Below, one piece after another: positions 29,965-39,619 of a DNA stretch of 64,000 nt. The notes beneath the pieces were generated by a model. That model did not search any database. It was not told where the DNA came from and saw nothing but the letters and a program-made list of their open reading frames with translations. Positions within the stretch are counted from its first letter, which is position 1. Each line of letters starts with the position of its first letter. The stretch is taken from positions 2,510 through 66,509 of IMG/VR virus record IMGVR_UViG_3300032290_001036; one strand, given 5' to 3'. The stretch is from a virus (taxonomy: Duplodnaviria; Caudoviricetes). A program made the translations under genes and the position numbers.

Positions 29965-31026
29965 TTATCCCTCAATCTGGCTAAACGATGCAGGTAAAGA
30001 GTAAACAGGTGCGCCACCTGTTTGTGTGTATTCAATTCCACTAAACTCTAAATAACCTTGCGGACAAGATGTTAATGTCTCAGTAAATGTGGTTCCATTA
30101 AAAGTAGCTCTATTTGCAACAACGCCGTTTCTAACATCTGTCATTAACTGGGCTGATGGCTGAACACACATTCGCAATAATGGGCTAGTGCCTGTTACTT
30201 GTTGCAACATAATGTAATATTTAGTACCGGCAACTAAAGTGACATCATTGTCTAAAACCTGTCCCATAAAGGTGCCTGTTGCAAAATCTCCATCTAACGT
30301 ACTAGAGGCAAGTAGTGTTCCGGCAGTGTTCCTTACGCCTATTCTGTAAACTGTACCAAGACCAATTGTAGTTATATATAAACTAACCTTTCGTAGAATA
30401 TAATTAGGCCCAGCTGCTGGAAACGTAACTGCAAAACCGACTTCATTTGGCGCTGTAACTGCTACTTCAGATCCTGAAACTGTATACATTGATGGGCCAT
30501 AATATTTTGTACCACTGTATAACCAAAAATTACCAGCAGGGCGAATTTGAGAAGTTGTCCAAACTCCCGATGTTCTCGTCGATGCTATGTATGTTTTATC
30601 ATTAGCACTCGACCGACAGCCGACTACCACAGTGACACTACCTGTGTAACCACTAGTCGCGTTACGCACAACAACGTAATATTGAGTACCAGCAACTATT
30701 GATAATCCAGAAACAGTTACCGTTGCAAGTCCTGAACCAGATGCAGGGCAAGTCCAAGTACCAGATGATACAAATGTGCCATTAGGCATACCGGTTGTTG
30801 CGTCAAAGCCTTGAATGCCAACGTCAAACGTATTTGGTGAGGGTGCAGTTGTAACTGCATACGCAAATAATATCTGAGTTAACGTAAAACTTTCAGGTGC
30901 CACCCAAGGAAATGCTACTCCGCCATTACTTCCGGCAATAGCAAAACTTGCACTTCCGTATCCGAATGTATTAAACCCGTCTAATGCAAAATACATTTTT
31001 TGTGTAGGAATAGTTATCAGGGCCAT
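29965..31026 (-). CDS. beta-sandwich virion protein (paralog A)
   Basis: 353 aa, T/G/S-rich, two similar halves, starts MALIT. Confidence 0.65.
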   Translation of the reverse strand: MALITIPTQKMYFALDGFNTFGYGSASFAIAGSNGGVAFPWVAPESFTLTQILFAYAVTTAPSPNTFDVGIQGFDATTGMPNGTFVSSGTWTCPASGSGLATVTVSGLSIVAGTQYYVVVRNATSGYTGSVTVVVGCRSSANDKTYIASTRTSGVWTTSQIRPAGNFWLYSGTKYYGPSMYTVSGSEVAVTAPNEVGFAVTFPAAGPNYILRKVSLYITTIGLGTVYRIGVRNTAGTLLASSTLDGDFATGTFMGQVLDNDVTLVAGTKYYIMLQQVTGTSPLLRMCVQPSAQLMTDVRNGVVANRATFNGTTFTETLTSCPQGYLEFSGIEYTQTGGAPVYSLPASFSQIEG

Positions 31027-32117
31027 TAGTGAAAGCCCCCATTAAACATTGGTGAGGAATCGTAATATCCGCCAGATCCACCAGAATCATTAAATCTTAT
31101 TTTGCTTGTATTTATTGAGGTCGGGTAAAGAAAACTAGTGTTTTCAGTAAACGTACTTCCAGTTTTTGATACATACCATTGAGACATAGAGCCATTTATA
31201 TTTTGATATGCCGAGCTTGTTGGTGTGAGGAACCACGTTGGCGTATTTGTAAATGTGCCAGACATTGCATTCATTATGTAATATTTTGTGTTAGGCTCAA
31301 GCCAAATGTCGGTGCCTGTAGAATTCCAAAACATTTGTGAAAGCACAACAGTGTTATTACCTATTCGGTCTGTATCTTCAGAGTCAAACGTATACAATAG
31401 CGTTCCGGAATCATTGTATATTTTACAACTAGTAATCATTCCGGGATTTCCTGTAGCACTGTTATTAAGAGGGTTACAGATTGTTATGCTTTTTAATTGA
31501 ACTGCTGGATGATTTGCAGGAAAAATTATAGCGGATCCATATTCGGAAGATACAGAAGGTGTAAAGGTTGTTCCTACTGGTAAAACTGCCATATCATCGG
31601 CATACCACGTAGTTCCTACTTTATAAATAACATTTGATGTATTGCCAGATCTGATCCAGTTACTAGCCAATCTTGTTGCGCCCGGAAAGTTATTAGATGG
31701 CGTTTGTCCAGCACGTTGAGCGGTAAGTAAAGATATATTCCCAGTAAAGGAAGCATTTGGCCTGACTGCCAGCCAGTACACCGTACCTCTTGTAACAGAG
31801 ACTGAGTTAGTTAAAACTATTTCAGTTAATGAACTACCTTGCACAGCTATAGATAACGTATTAGGAGTTGCGGCATATGTGTTATCCGGAAGATTCCCGG
31901 CTGCATTTGACCCCATTATGCCAACGTCAAGATTTGTAACTGCCGTTGTAACCGAATTGATAGGTAAAGCAATGTGTGTGATGCTTCCTGTAATTTCAGG
32001 AATAAATGGGTAAGCATAGCCTGTTGCAGTACTACTTACTGTCGTACCTGTACCAGTAAGGTTATTGGCGTATTCATACCCAAATTGCAAGGGCATATTT
32101 ACTGTAATTAATGCCAT
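31026..32117 (-). CDS. beta-sandwich virion protein (paralog B)
   Basis: 363 aa, starts MALIT, same two-domain layout as the downstream gene. Confidence 0.65.
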   Translation of the reverse strand: MALITVNMPLQFGYEYANNLTGTGTTVSSTATGYAYPFIPEITGSITHIALPINSVTTAVTNLDVGIMGSNAAGNLPDNTYAATPNTLSIAVQGSSLTEIVLTNSVSVTRGTVYWLAVRPNASFTGNISLLTAQRAGQTPSNNFPGATRLASNWIRSGNTSNVIYKVGTTWYADDMAVLPVGTTFTPSVSSEYGSAIIFPANHPAVQLKSITICNPLNNSATGNPGMITSCKIYNDSGTLLYTFDSEDTDRIGNNTVVLSQMFWNSTGTDIWLEPNTKYYIMNAMSGTFTNTPTWFLTPTSSAYQNINGSMSQWYVSKTGSTFTENTSFLYPTSINTSKIRFNDSGGSGGYYDSSPMFNGGFH

Positions 32118-32386
32118 TAAACAATCCTAACAATGTTTCCATTAGGCTCAGATAAATCAAAAACCATCTTTTTTCCAATTAACGATTGTCCGCCAAAGTG
32201 AGCACAGTAACATGTAATGTATTTGCGTAAGTTTTCAATTACTTCATTATCGTACTGTGTACAATCTTGGTCAAGTGTAAGTTCACTTGCGTAAAAAAAT
32301 GAAACGCTATCGTCAAATACTATTACAATTTCCCCATCCGGCAACACTGTGTATGACGCTAACGCTAACTCAAAGTACTCGTTCAT
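32117..32386 (-). CDS. hypothetical protein
   Basis: 89-aa ORF coupled to its neighbours. Confidence 0.6.
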   Translation of the reverse strand: MNEYFELALASYTVLPDGEIVIVFDDSVSFFYASELTLDQDCTQYDNEVIENLRKYITCYCAHFGGQSLIGKKMVFDLSEPNGNIVRIV

Positions 32387-32387
32387 T

Positions 32388-32672
32388 TTATTCAGTCATC
32401 TTTCGCACTTGTTTTTCGATAAAAATATTAATAGCCTGAACAGTCCTTAAGCCTAACGTGCCAAGTAAAAAAGAAAGCCCAAGCATTTGCTCAGGCGTAG
32501 TCCATCCTAAATTACGTGCAACTAGCGGAGTGAGATAAAGAGCCGATACTGTCCCGATGAAGACAGTTGTTAAACCTTGCGTGAGCGTTTTGATCTTAGG
32601 CCAATCAGTGCCAGCAATTGCGCCAGCTAGTCCTGCTAGAAATTGATTAAGGTCAATATGCATCTTATCCAT
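32388..32672 (-). CDS. holin-like membrane protein
   Basis: Three hydrophobic segments, basic C-terminus, M-D-K-M start. Confidence 0.7.
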   Translation of the reverse strand: MDKMHIDLNQFLAGLAGAIAGTDWPKIKTLTQGLTTVFIGTVSALYLTPLVARNLGWTTPEQMLGLSFLLGTLGLRTVQAINIFIEKQVRKMTE

Positions 32673-32961
32673 CGATGTGCCTCGTCGTTTCACTGACTTT
32701 TTTCACCTCCGGCAATGTTATTGAAAACATTGGCAGCGCAGTGTCTTGTCTCATAAAAAACGCAATCAACGCAGTTGCCATAGCAGGTATACCAGCACGG
32801 ATGCCTTCAATACCAGAAATTAGTAGTGCCTTAGTTACCATTCCATAATTTGCATTATCGGATATGTTAAACGCTTTCCAAGCAGCATCAAACTCAGGAA
32901 CAGCACTAGTTAAAAATGCTGCAAGAGCAACTAATATTAATCGGCTATATGCTATTTTCAT
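32665..32961 (-). CDS. small membrane protein (second holin or antiholin candidate)
   Basis: Two hydrophobic segments; directly upstream of the holin-like gene. Confidence 0.5.
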   Translation of the reverse strand: MKIAYSRLILVALAAFLTSAVPEFDAAWKAFNISDNANYGMVTKALLISGIEGIRAGIPAMATALIAFFMRQDTALPMFSITLPEVKKVSETTRHIDG

Positions 32962-33650
32962 TTACCTGTAGCCATAACTGGAGGCGTTGCAAATGGACCT
33001 CCGGGCATTCGCAAGCTAAGATCTAGCTGCAACCATAAGTTCATGCGCACAGTGTCGTACCAATCTTTCCAGAAAGCACGACCAATTAATGATGGGTCAT
33101 CAAAGTTCTTTAAAGCTAATTTAGCTGCCACGTACGAAGGTATTGCTTTTAGTAAGATGTCGTCCGGAGCAAATGTAAATTCACCAGAACCAGTACTAAT
33201 AGCCTCAGGTATAGATGCCCCAGTTATGGTCAGCTGTGCGGAAACAGTAGGGACTGGATAAAGTCCTACGTTCCATTCACCACTCCTGTACCAATTGGTT
33301 GGAGTTCCAGTAACAGACGTGTAGCTTAAATCGTATACGCGTAATTCTTGTTCACCGCAGTGTGTTAACGTCACGCCAGATCTGCTTACGACGAGTGGGA
33401 ACCAAACAACTTGATCGGCAAGTGTAGTTAAACGAGCAGTGCTTCCTGTGGGTGTTACTGTTGATTCTAGTAACACGCAAGACCTGCACATTTCTTTAGC
33501 TGCTTCATTTATATAATCTAAAATTGTGCTATCAGATGAAACCGTTGCTGCTGATCCTAGCCCAGTGGCTAATTCGCCAACTACGGAAGTATTTGTTTCG
33601 TTTAATAGTTTTAGTGCCTCATTGCGCAAGGTTGTAAAATTAGCTGCCAT
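32958..33650 (-). CDS. head-tail adaptor / tail tubular protein A-like (second copy)
   Basis: FTTLRNEALKLL...ILDYINEAAKEMCR...GTPTNWY...LYPVP pattern. Confidence 0.7.
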   Translation of the reverse strand: MAANFTTLRNEALKLLNETNTSVVGELATGLGSAATVSSDSTILDYINEAAKEMCRSCVLLESTVTPTGSTARLTTLADQVVWFPLVVSRSGVTLTHCGEQELRVYDLSYTSVTGTPTNWYRSGEWNVGLYPVPTVSAQLTITGASIPEAISTGSGEFTFAPDDILLKAIPSYVAAKLALKNFDDPSLIGRAFWKDWYDTVRMNLWLQLDLSLRMPGGPFATPPVMATGK

Positions 33651-34297
33651 TAAACTGTTCTCCGTGCATATGTTGCAGCAAACCCTTCAACTTCACCAAG
33701 CCGGTTTAAGTATTCACCTTTAAATATCGCAATGCCGTCTTTATCCCTAAGTTGCAGACATCGCGTATACAAAACACCATATACCAAACAATCATGCGCA
33801 ACTTCAGGTAACGGGCATTCCGTTGCATCTGTGTTGACAAGCGCGGTTCCAGTGGTGTCATAAGCCCAATTGTCTCCGGGTTGAGCGTACCCCTCTACTA
33901 ACAATGCGTTATCGACATCGGATGATGGAGTTGGATATAACGAAATACCATTCATCCCGCGCATTGCTGCAACTAGAGGATACGTATCAGGTGTCTGTGA
34001 GCGCCAACGGTCAATAACTTGATTACTGTAACTAAAGAGTTTTACTTGTACATACTCTCCAGCCTCGTTAATCATTTTCAATACACGAATCTTATAAATG
34101 TCTGGAGCGCAATAATCGGCTTGCCCTTCAACCAGTGATAAATACCGACGACCAACAAGACAATCCGTTTTACGGGCTATCTCATTGGCCGTCTCTAAAA
34201 TAATATAATCTAGGCCAAATGGATCACGATCAGACTCGGAGCCAAAATAATGGCGACCCATCATCCGAACCTTTTGTTTTATTTGACCTAGATTCAT
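33650..34297 (-). CDS. head-tail adaptor / tail tubular protein A-like (first copy)
   Basis: MNLGQIKQKVR...IILETANEIAR...LYPTP...LPEVAHDCLVYG pattern. Confidence 0.7.
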   Translation of the reverse strand: MNLGQIKQKVRMMGRHYFGSESDRDPFGLDYIILETANEIARKTDCLVGRRYLSLVEGQADYCAPDIYKIRVLKMINEAGEYVQVKLFSYSNQVIDRWRSQTPDTYPLVAAMRGMNGISLYPTPSSDVDNALLVEGYAQPGDNWAYDTTGTALVNTDATECPLPEVAHDCLVYGVLYTRCLQLRDKDGIAIFKGEYLNRLGEVEGFAATYARRTV

Positions 34298-34301
34298 ATC
34301 A

Positions 34302-35234
34302 TTACCTTACTACGCCAACACGGGAGTTCTGGATGTAAGCACCACGGATAACTCCATATCCACCTGCACTAGCTCCACCGTATGCAGCAATACGCAGATA
34401 TGGCTTAGCGGATGGTGGCAGTGGGATGTGAATCTGCTGTGATACTACAACAGGTACAACACCTGAGTTAGTATTAGCACCCGGACCAACAATAGTAAAT
34501 GTTGGAGTTGCCGTTGTAGCACCAGTAGTCATAGTAACAGCGGACGCTACTAAGTTATTATTCTTTAGAGTTGTTCCGGGATATCCGGGAACCTTAAGAA
34601 CTAAAGTAGTAGCGGAAGGTACAGATGCAACTTCAAAAAGCTGTCCAACTGCAGCAGCAATGCTTTCACCTGCAACATTAAACGTAATGTTAGTACCTGC
34701 GGCTGTAACTACTAATAAATCACCAACCTTAGCATAATGGCTTGCAGTAGTTGTAATTGTCGAGTAGGTTGTCGAGACAGCAACAGTACATGTCAATGCT
34801 GTTGGGGTAGTAACAGCAGAACCTAACAATGTAGTTTCACCAGTGCCAACAGTTGTCCAAGTCAGTGCATCGCTAGACGTTTGCGCTACAAATGTATGCG
34901 CTGTAGTTAACGTAGTGGCTGCAATCGCATCAATAACAACAAACATGTCATTACGATTGCTATGACCAGCAAGGGTATCAGCTGGATAAATTGGCACATC
35001 TTCAGCATACGCTGGACCAATTCCGCCAGCAGTACTTGTAAATCCACCCCATGCAAGAGGACAACTAAACATATTGTTAGTCACAGAGTTATCTGTTGGA
35101 GCAGCAGTTCCAGTCCTACCAGTAAACGATGTAACCATCGACGTGATGCCTGTGCCGGGTACGCCGACAATGCCACCAGAGGAACCGTTTACGCCAGTGC
35201 CAAATCTAAATGTAAGCTTATAATCTTTAGCCAT
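34302..35234 (-). CDS. capsid decoration / cement protein with inserted domain
   Basis: Directly after the MCP; T/A/G-rich; ends KPYLRIAAYGG; insert HYAKVGDLLVV...FEVASVPSATTL. Confidence 0.6.
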   Translation of the reverse strand: MAKDYKLTFRFGTGVNGSSGGIVGVPGTGITSMVTSFTGRTGTAAPTDNSVTNNMFSCPLAWGGFTSTAGGIGPAYAEDVPIYPADTLAGHSNRNDMFVVIDAIAATTLTTAHTFVAQTSSDALTWTTVGTGETTLLGSAVTTPTALTCTVAVSTTYSTITTTASHYAKVGDLLVVTAAGTNITFNVAGESIAAAVGQLFEVASVPSATTLVLKVPGYPGTTLKNNNLVASAVTMTTGATTATPTFTIVGPGANTNSGVVPVVVSQQIHIPLPPSAKPYLRIAAYGGASAGGYGVIRGAYIQNSRVGVVR

Positions 35235-35244
35235 TATTTTCTCC

Positions 35245-36339
35245 TTAGTTGATCTTCACGCTGACACGACCAACTGCACGAACGTGAGGAATCCACAAAC
35301 CACAACCCCAGTCAAACAGAATGTTGTGCATGATTCCGTTTTCCTTACTGAGTCCTAAATACTGTGGCTTAAATGGACCAGACTGCCATCCAGAAACATA
35401 ACCGTCGCCGTAACGAACAGCAAAAATCTGGCCAGTTGCCGCACCGTTGTTAGCCAGTGAGCTAGTTCCCTGATAAGACTGTTGTAAAGCACCCGTGTTG
35501 ACGTTAGTGATAACTTGGGTGTTAGAAATAACTGGTGTTAAACCATCAGCCTTACGTCCAACGACTCGAACAGTTGCATTCTTGTACTTTTCTACAGGTC
35601 GATCAAAGCTGTCTTGAGTAATATCAAAACCAGCACCAATGCCCATAGCACGAATGGCCATTTCAAGCTGACGCTTCATCTGTTCAGAACAATAGAACAC
35701 AACTCCATCACCATCAGGTGAGTTCATTGCATCAAGCAATGATTGAATGTCAGCAATCAATCGGTTTGCAGCACCAGCTCCAGCATATGCACTAGAAGCA
35801 GCAAGCAGGTTATTGATAGACGCATCAGCCTGACTATAGACATTTAAGTCAGTTGGAATATCAAACTGTGCTGGGTTGTTTAGGCGATATGACAGACCTG
35901 GGAATGCATCTGCGCTGTTGCCGGGAGCAGTGCTTGTAGGGTCGTTATTAATGAACTTGTCATTAAAGTCGTAAGCAAAACCCTCTAGGAACATTTGGAC
36001 CTGTGCTTCAACAGGATCAATAATGTTGTTAGGCTGGTCAAGCAATACATGGTCAACCGTAATCTTATTACGGAGCAGATACATCTGCTCTTCATACGAC
36101 TTTGGCTTACCCTTCACGGCAACTGGCTCAGAGTTAATTCCAGTCCAGTTTGGAAGTGGAATACCACTGTTGACATAACGCTGTCCAATTTGACGCAGCG
36201 ATGGGGACGTCTTAAAAGGAATGTCTTTGATTGCATTCCAAGTCTTGTGAAGACTCTTAGTAATCTCTTTTACAAGAGGGTCATTAGACAAAATTGCTTG
36301 ATCGGCAAGCGTCAATGCTCCATTAAAATCAATAGCCAT
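35245..36339 (-). CDS. major capsid protein (BPP-1 / epsilon15-like HK97 fold)
   Basis: LTLADQA...DP.VKEI...AIKDIPF...LPNWTGINSE pattern; 364 aa; follows the scaffold gene. Confidence 0.85.
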   Translation of the reverse strand: MAIDFNGALTLADQAILSNDPLVKEITKSLHKTWNAIKDIPFKTSPSLRQIGQRYVNSGIPLPNWTGINSEPVAVKGKPKSYEEQMYLLRNKITVDHVLLDQPNNIIDPVEAQVQMFLEGFAYDFNDKFINNDPTSTAPGNSADAFPGLSYRLNNPAQFDIPTDLNVYSQADASINNLLAASSAYAGAGAANRLIADIQSLLDAMNSPDGDGVVFYCSEQMKRQLEMAIRAMGIGAGFDITQDSFDRPVEKYKNATVRVVGRKADGLTPVISNTQVITNVNTGALQQSYQGTSSLANNGAATGQIFAVRYGDGYVSGWQSGPFKPQYLGLSKENGIMHNILFDWGCGLWIPHVRAVGRVSVKIN

Positions 36340-36349
36340 TTACGGACTC

Positions 36350-37255
36350 CTATAGTGAATTAGGGTTTCTGCCAATACCAAGTAAACTCGTGATGCGTCC
36401 AAATCCATTTTGTTTTTGCGGATTAGGTTGCGGAATTACAGGCTGCGCAGATAACGAAGTGTCGATGGGAGTAGGCAAAGATCGCTGTTGGGCAATCATT
36501 GCTGTGATCTCCGGGACCAAACTCTCGGTCAAGTTAACAATTTGATTATGCACAATTTCTGCTGCTGAGACTGGATCAACGCCAGACTTAATAAGATTGT
36601 CAACAACCATCTCGCCTCTGCGAGCATAAGGGAATTGCGACAACGCTTGCTCACGTTGATTTGTCCGCATGTAATCAGACATTGTTGAAACCAAACTGTC
36701 GTAACGTTGACGTTGAATTTCAACTTCAGCTTGCGTTTGTGCTAGTAGTGGATCTAGGCCAGTACTAGTGGCATGCTGTTCGTACTTAGCTCGAATGTCA
36801 TTTTCTTGTTGTTGCTGCGCTTGTTCACGCAACGCACGATTGACATCTTCTGCGGATTGATAACCTTGTTCCTTAAGGCGTTCAATTACATCGGACCATT
36901 TACCGTAATTTTCAACTGCCTCTTTACCTGCTTTTGCTTGCTCATTGACTTCCCGGAACCTGTCATATGGAACATTAGCAACTTCATTAGTGTTGCTGAT
37001 TGAATCCAATAAGCGTTGCCTGATATCTACGTCAGGACTTACTGTTTCTGAATCACTAGAGCTGCCGAGGTATTCATCAATCCACTGTAAATCATCTTCA
37101 TATGCCGGGTCTGACTCTTGACTATTTAACGTCGTGTCGTCAATTGAATTCGCGACGTACGAATTACTGTCATCCTGCAAATATATGGAAGATATACTTC
37201 CCTCCGTCGCTACTGCTGGTGAATCAGTAGTTCGCATCACCATCTCGTCGGACAT
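36350..37255 (-). CDS. capsid scaffolding protein
   Basis: Acidic N-terminus, VPYDRFREVNEQAK motif, coiled coil; between portal and MCP. Confidence 0.75.
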   Translation of the reverse strand: MSDEMVMRTTDSPAVATEGSISSIYLQDDSNSYVANSIDDTTLNSQESDPAYEDDLQWIDEYLGSSSDSETVSPDVDIRQRLLDSISNTNEVANVPYDRFREVNEQAKAGKEAVENYGKWSDVIERLKEQGYQSAEDVNRALREQAQQQQENDIRAKYEQHATSTGLDPLLAQTQAEVEIQRQRYDSLVSTMSDYMRTNQREQALSQFPYARRGEMVVDNLIKSGVDPVSAAEIVHNQIVNLTESLVPEITAMIAQQRSLPTPIDTSLSAQPVIPQPNPQKQNGFGRITSLLGIGRNPNSL

Positions 37256-37262
37256 TTAAATA

Positions 37263-39476
37263 TTACCCCTTATTTTCTTGCATGCCAATACTTGGCTGCA
37301 TCTCACTCATAACTTGTTGTTTACCTAAATCTGTCATTGCCATATCCTCATTCATCTGGGATTCAATTCCAGCCTTTGCTGTTTCTAGGGCAATGTCAGC
37401 TTCTAATTTAGACGAAATTTCGGCTTTCTTTTTGAGAATGTCTAATTGCGCCTTGTGCTCTTCAGCTTGGAAATCGTACTGATTTTTTTGCTGTTGTTGA
37501 GCTAATGCAGCTTGCTGCTGCATTTCCATTTGCTGCTGTTGCATTTCCAATTGTTGTTGTTGCGCAGCAGCCATTTTTTCATTCTGAATATCTAAATGAT
37601 CTAAAATCCTTGACGTTTCTGGCATATTTACTAATTCCACAAACAGTTTATTTGTTTCAGGATCCATCGGGTCGCCAAATACACCCATTTGACGCAATGC
37701 TGAATATTTTTGCAGTCTAGCCTCTGGTCCGTCATCCATAGTAGAACCCGGTACGTAAACAATACGATAGCGACCTCCATTACGTATAGAGTCAAACCGC
37801 ATGATTCCTTGTTTGATTTGGTCTCTAGGAAGCATTCCACCTTCAACGTTTCCGACAAATGGAACAATAGCAAATTGTTGAATTAAGGCTACTTCCCATT
37901 CTTTGATTTTTGCGTTACTAATTTCAATGTCAGACCTAACATACGAATGCTGTGTGTTGTCGGCTTTTTGCAGCAATCGCACTGATTCGGCTGGTGTACC
38001 TGCTTGCGCCATACCTTGACTTACGTCGTGTAAACCAGCAATGTCGGCCATATCCTTTTCAAGAAATTGCAGCAATGGAAATAAGTCACTTCCAATTCCG
38101 GGAGCGCGCTGTATGGCTGGAGGATGCGATCCGCGATCATAATAAACCTTTCGGTAAATCCTATTTTTGTCCTCAATTGTGTCGCTTTCTTTATCATATG
38201 CATCTGCGCCAATATTGGACAACCGCTCAACCATAATGTAATCTTTTTGACCTTCAAACTGTTCTAGCAACCTAGAATAAATGCGGTTATAAGTTTGCTG
38301 CAAACTGCATAGGTCAAATCCTAGTGAATATCCGTAAGGGGTACCAGCGCGTGGTTGCCATCGCAATGGAATAAACGGAAACTCATCCTTTTTTTCGTAA
38401 GGCCAGTTTCCTGCGTACAGCAGTATTTTTTCAGTTGTTACAATGTATCTTCCATTTGGATACTGGGCGGATGGCTTCTCCCAGTACTCATAAACAACTG
38501 CAGCATTTTTACGTTTGTCAGCATTATTTAGGTGAGTAGAACTAGGAGGGATCCATCCGCGCCCTCCTCCATTTGTACTGTCTAAATAAGCGTCAACATA
38601 ACCGCTGTTGTGACCCATCATAGCGTCGGCCTGTACTGCCTTGCCGACCTCACCATATGAATCAACAAACCAGCTTAATGGTTTAATCATTGCATGTATC
38701 ATCCAACGGACGTCATCGTCGCGTTTTGCAGATGGGTCTACATATACATCAAACGCTGGCAGTATCTGTTCAACAATGTCACCGACAGGCATCTCTTTAT
38801 GGCCCAACACAGTTTGACCATCTGGAGCTAATTGTGGAACTACTTGATTTCTTTTACTATCCCAGAAAATTTTTAAATACGATGTTCCGCAAACACATGC
38901 CCACCTAACTCTTTCTTTTGTTTGCGTTTCTCGATTAAACTTTCTGTTGTAATGCTTGACAATAAAGTTTGCCTCATCCGCAGCTGCGCGGTCGTGTTCA
39001 GTCTCACTCAATGGAACTGCACTTGCATCCGGAGAACATTGCGTTAACTTGCCAACAACACCATCTATCAAAGGACGTATTTTATTTACCGTCATATAAC
39101 GGTTTGGTTCATGTGGATTTTGAAGCTGCACCAAATTTCGTGATTGACTAGAAATTCTAAACCATTGACGTCCTTCAAAAAATGCGGTTGCTAAACCCCA
39201 TTCCAATTCCATTTCCTGCCGAGATCGTTGCCCAACTTCAAACTGCTTAGATACATAAGCGGCAATTTTTGCAGCTTCTTCTGGTTGTGTTTTTGGATTA
39301 ACGCTCCAATCTTTTGGATTGTGATCCAGTTCTAGATTCTTTTTGTCTATTAAGGTCAAGTTTCCAGTGGGAAATGAACCTATAGTTCCAGCACTCTCTG
39401 GTTTTTGAAACGCAGTCATTTTAGCTGACGACTGTCCACCAATAACGTTTTTGATTAGTTCTTGTACAGGATCCAT
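37263..39476 (-). CDS. portal protein (P22-like, long Q-rich C-terminal helix)
   Basis: AFFEGRQW, NKIRPLIDGVVGKL, ERVRWACVCG, PYGYSL, DIAGLHDVSQG. Confidence 0.9.
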   Translation of the reverse strand: MDPVQELIKNVIGGQSSAKMTAFQKPESAGTIGSFPTGNLTLIDKKNLELDHNPKDWSVNPKTQPEEAAKIAAYVSKQFEVGQRSRQEMELEWGLATAFFEGRQWFRISSQSRNLVQLQNPHEPNRYMTVNKIRPLIDGVVGKLTQCSPDASAVPLSETEHDRAAADEANFIVKHYNRKFNRETQTKERVRWACVCGTSYLKIFWDSKRNQVVPQLAPDGQTVLGHKEMPVGDIVEQILPAFDVYVDPSAKRDDDVRWMIHAMIKPLSWFVDSYGEVGKAVQADAMMGHNSGYVDAYLDSTNGGGRGWIPPSSTHLNNADKRKNAAVVYEYWEKPSAQYPNGRYIVTTEKILLYAGNWPYEKKDEFPFIPLRWQPRAGTPYGYSLGFDLCSLQQTYNRIYSRLLEQFEGQKDYIMVERLSNIGADAYDKESDTIEDKNRIYRKVYYDRGSHPPAIQRAPGIGSDLFPLLQFLEKDMADIAGLHDVSQGMAQAGTPAESVRLLQKADNTQHSYVRSDIEISNAKIKEWEVALIQQFAIVPFVGNVEGGMLPRDQIKQGIMRFDSIRNGGRYRIVYVPGSTMDDGPEARLQKYSALRQMGVFGDPMDPETNKLFVELVNMPETSRILDHLDIQNEKMAAAQQQQLEMQQQQMEMQQQAALAQQQQKNQYDFQAEEHKAQLDILKKKAEISSKLEADIALETAKAGIESQMNEDMAMTDLGKQQVMSEMQPSIGMQENKG

Positions 39477-39478
39477 TG

Positions 39479-39619
39479 TTACACCCACTTTTCAATATCA
39501 ACTATACGTTTAATTTCAAATCGCTGCTCTTTAATCTCGGTTATGACATTAAGGATGCGATACAAAATCACACATATGCACATAAGAAGAATCAATCCAA
39601 TAATTGCAACTACACCCAT
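39479..39619 (-). CDS. 46-aa single-TM protein absent from the ORF track
   Basis: MGVVAIIGLILLMCICVILYRILNVITEIKEQRFEIKRIVDIEKWV; fills the terL-portal gap exactly. Confidence 0.7.
   Translation of the reverse strand: MGVVAIIGLILLMCICVILYRILNVITEIKEQRFEIKRIVDIEKWV

Noticed and set aside
37480-37570. CAG/CAA-rich stretch as a DNA repeat element
   Set aside because: Encodes the ordinary Q-rich C-terminal helix of P22-like portals
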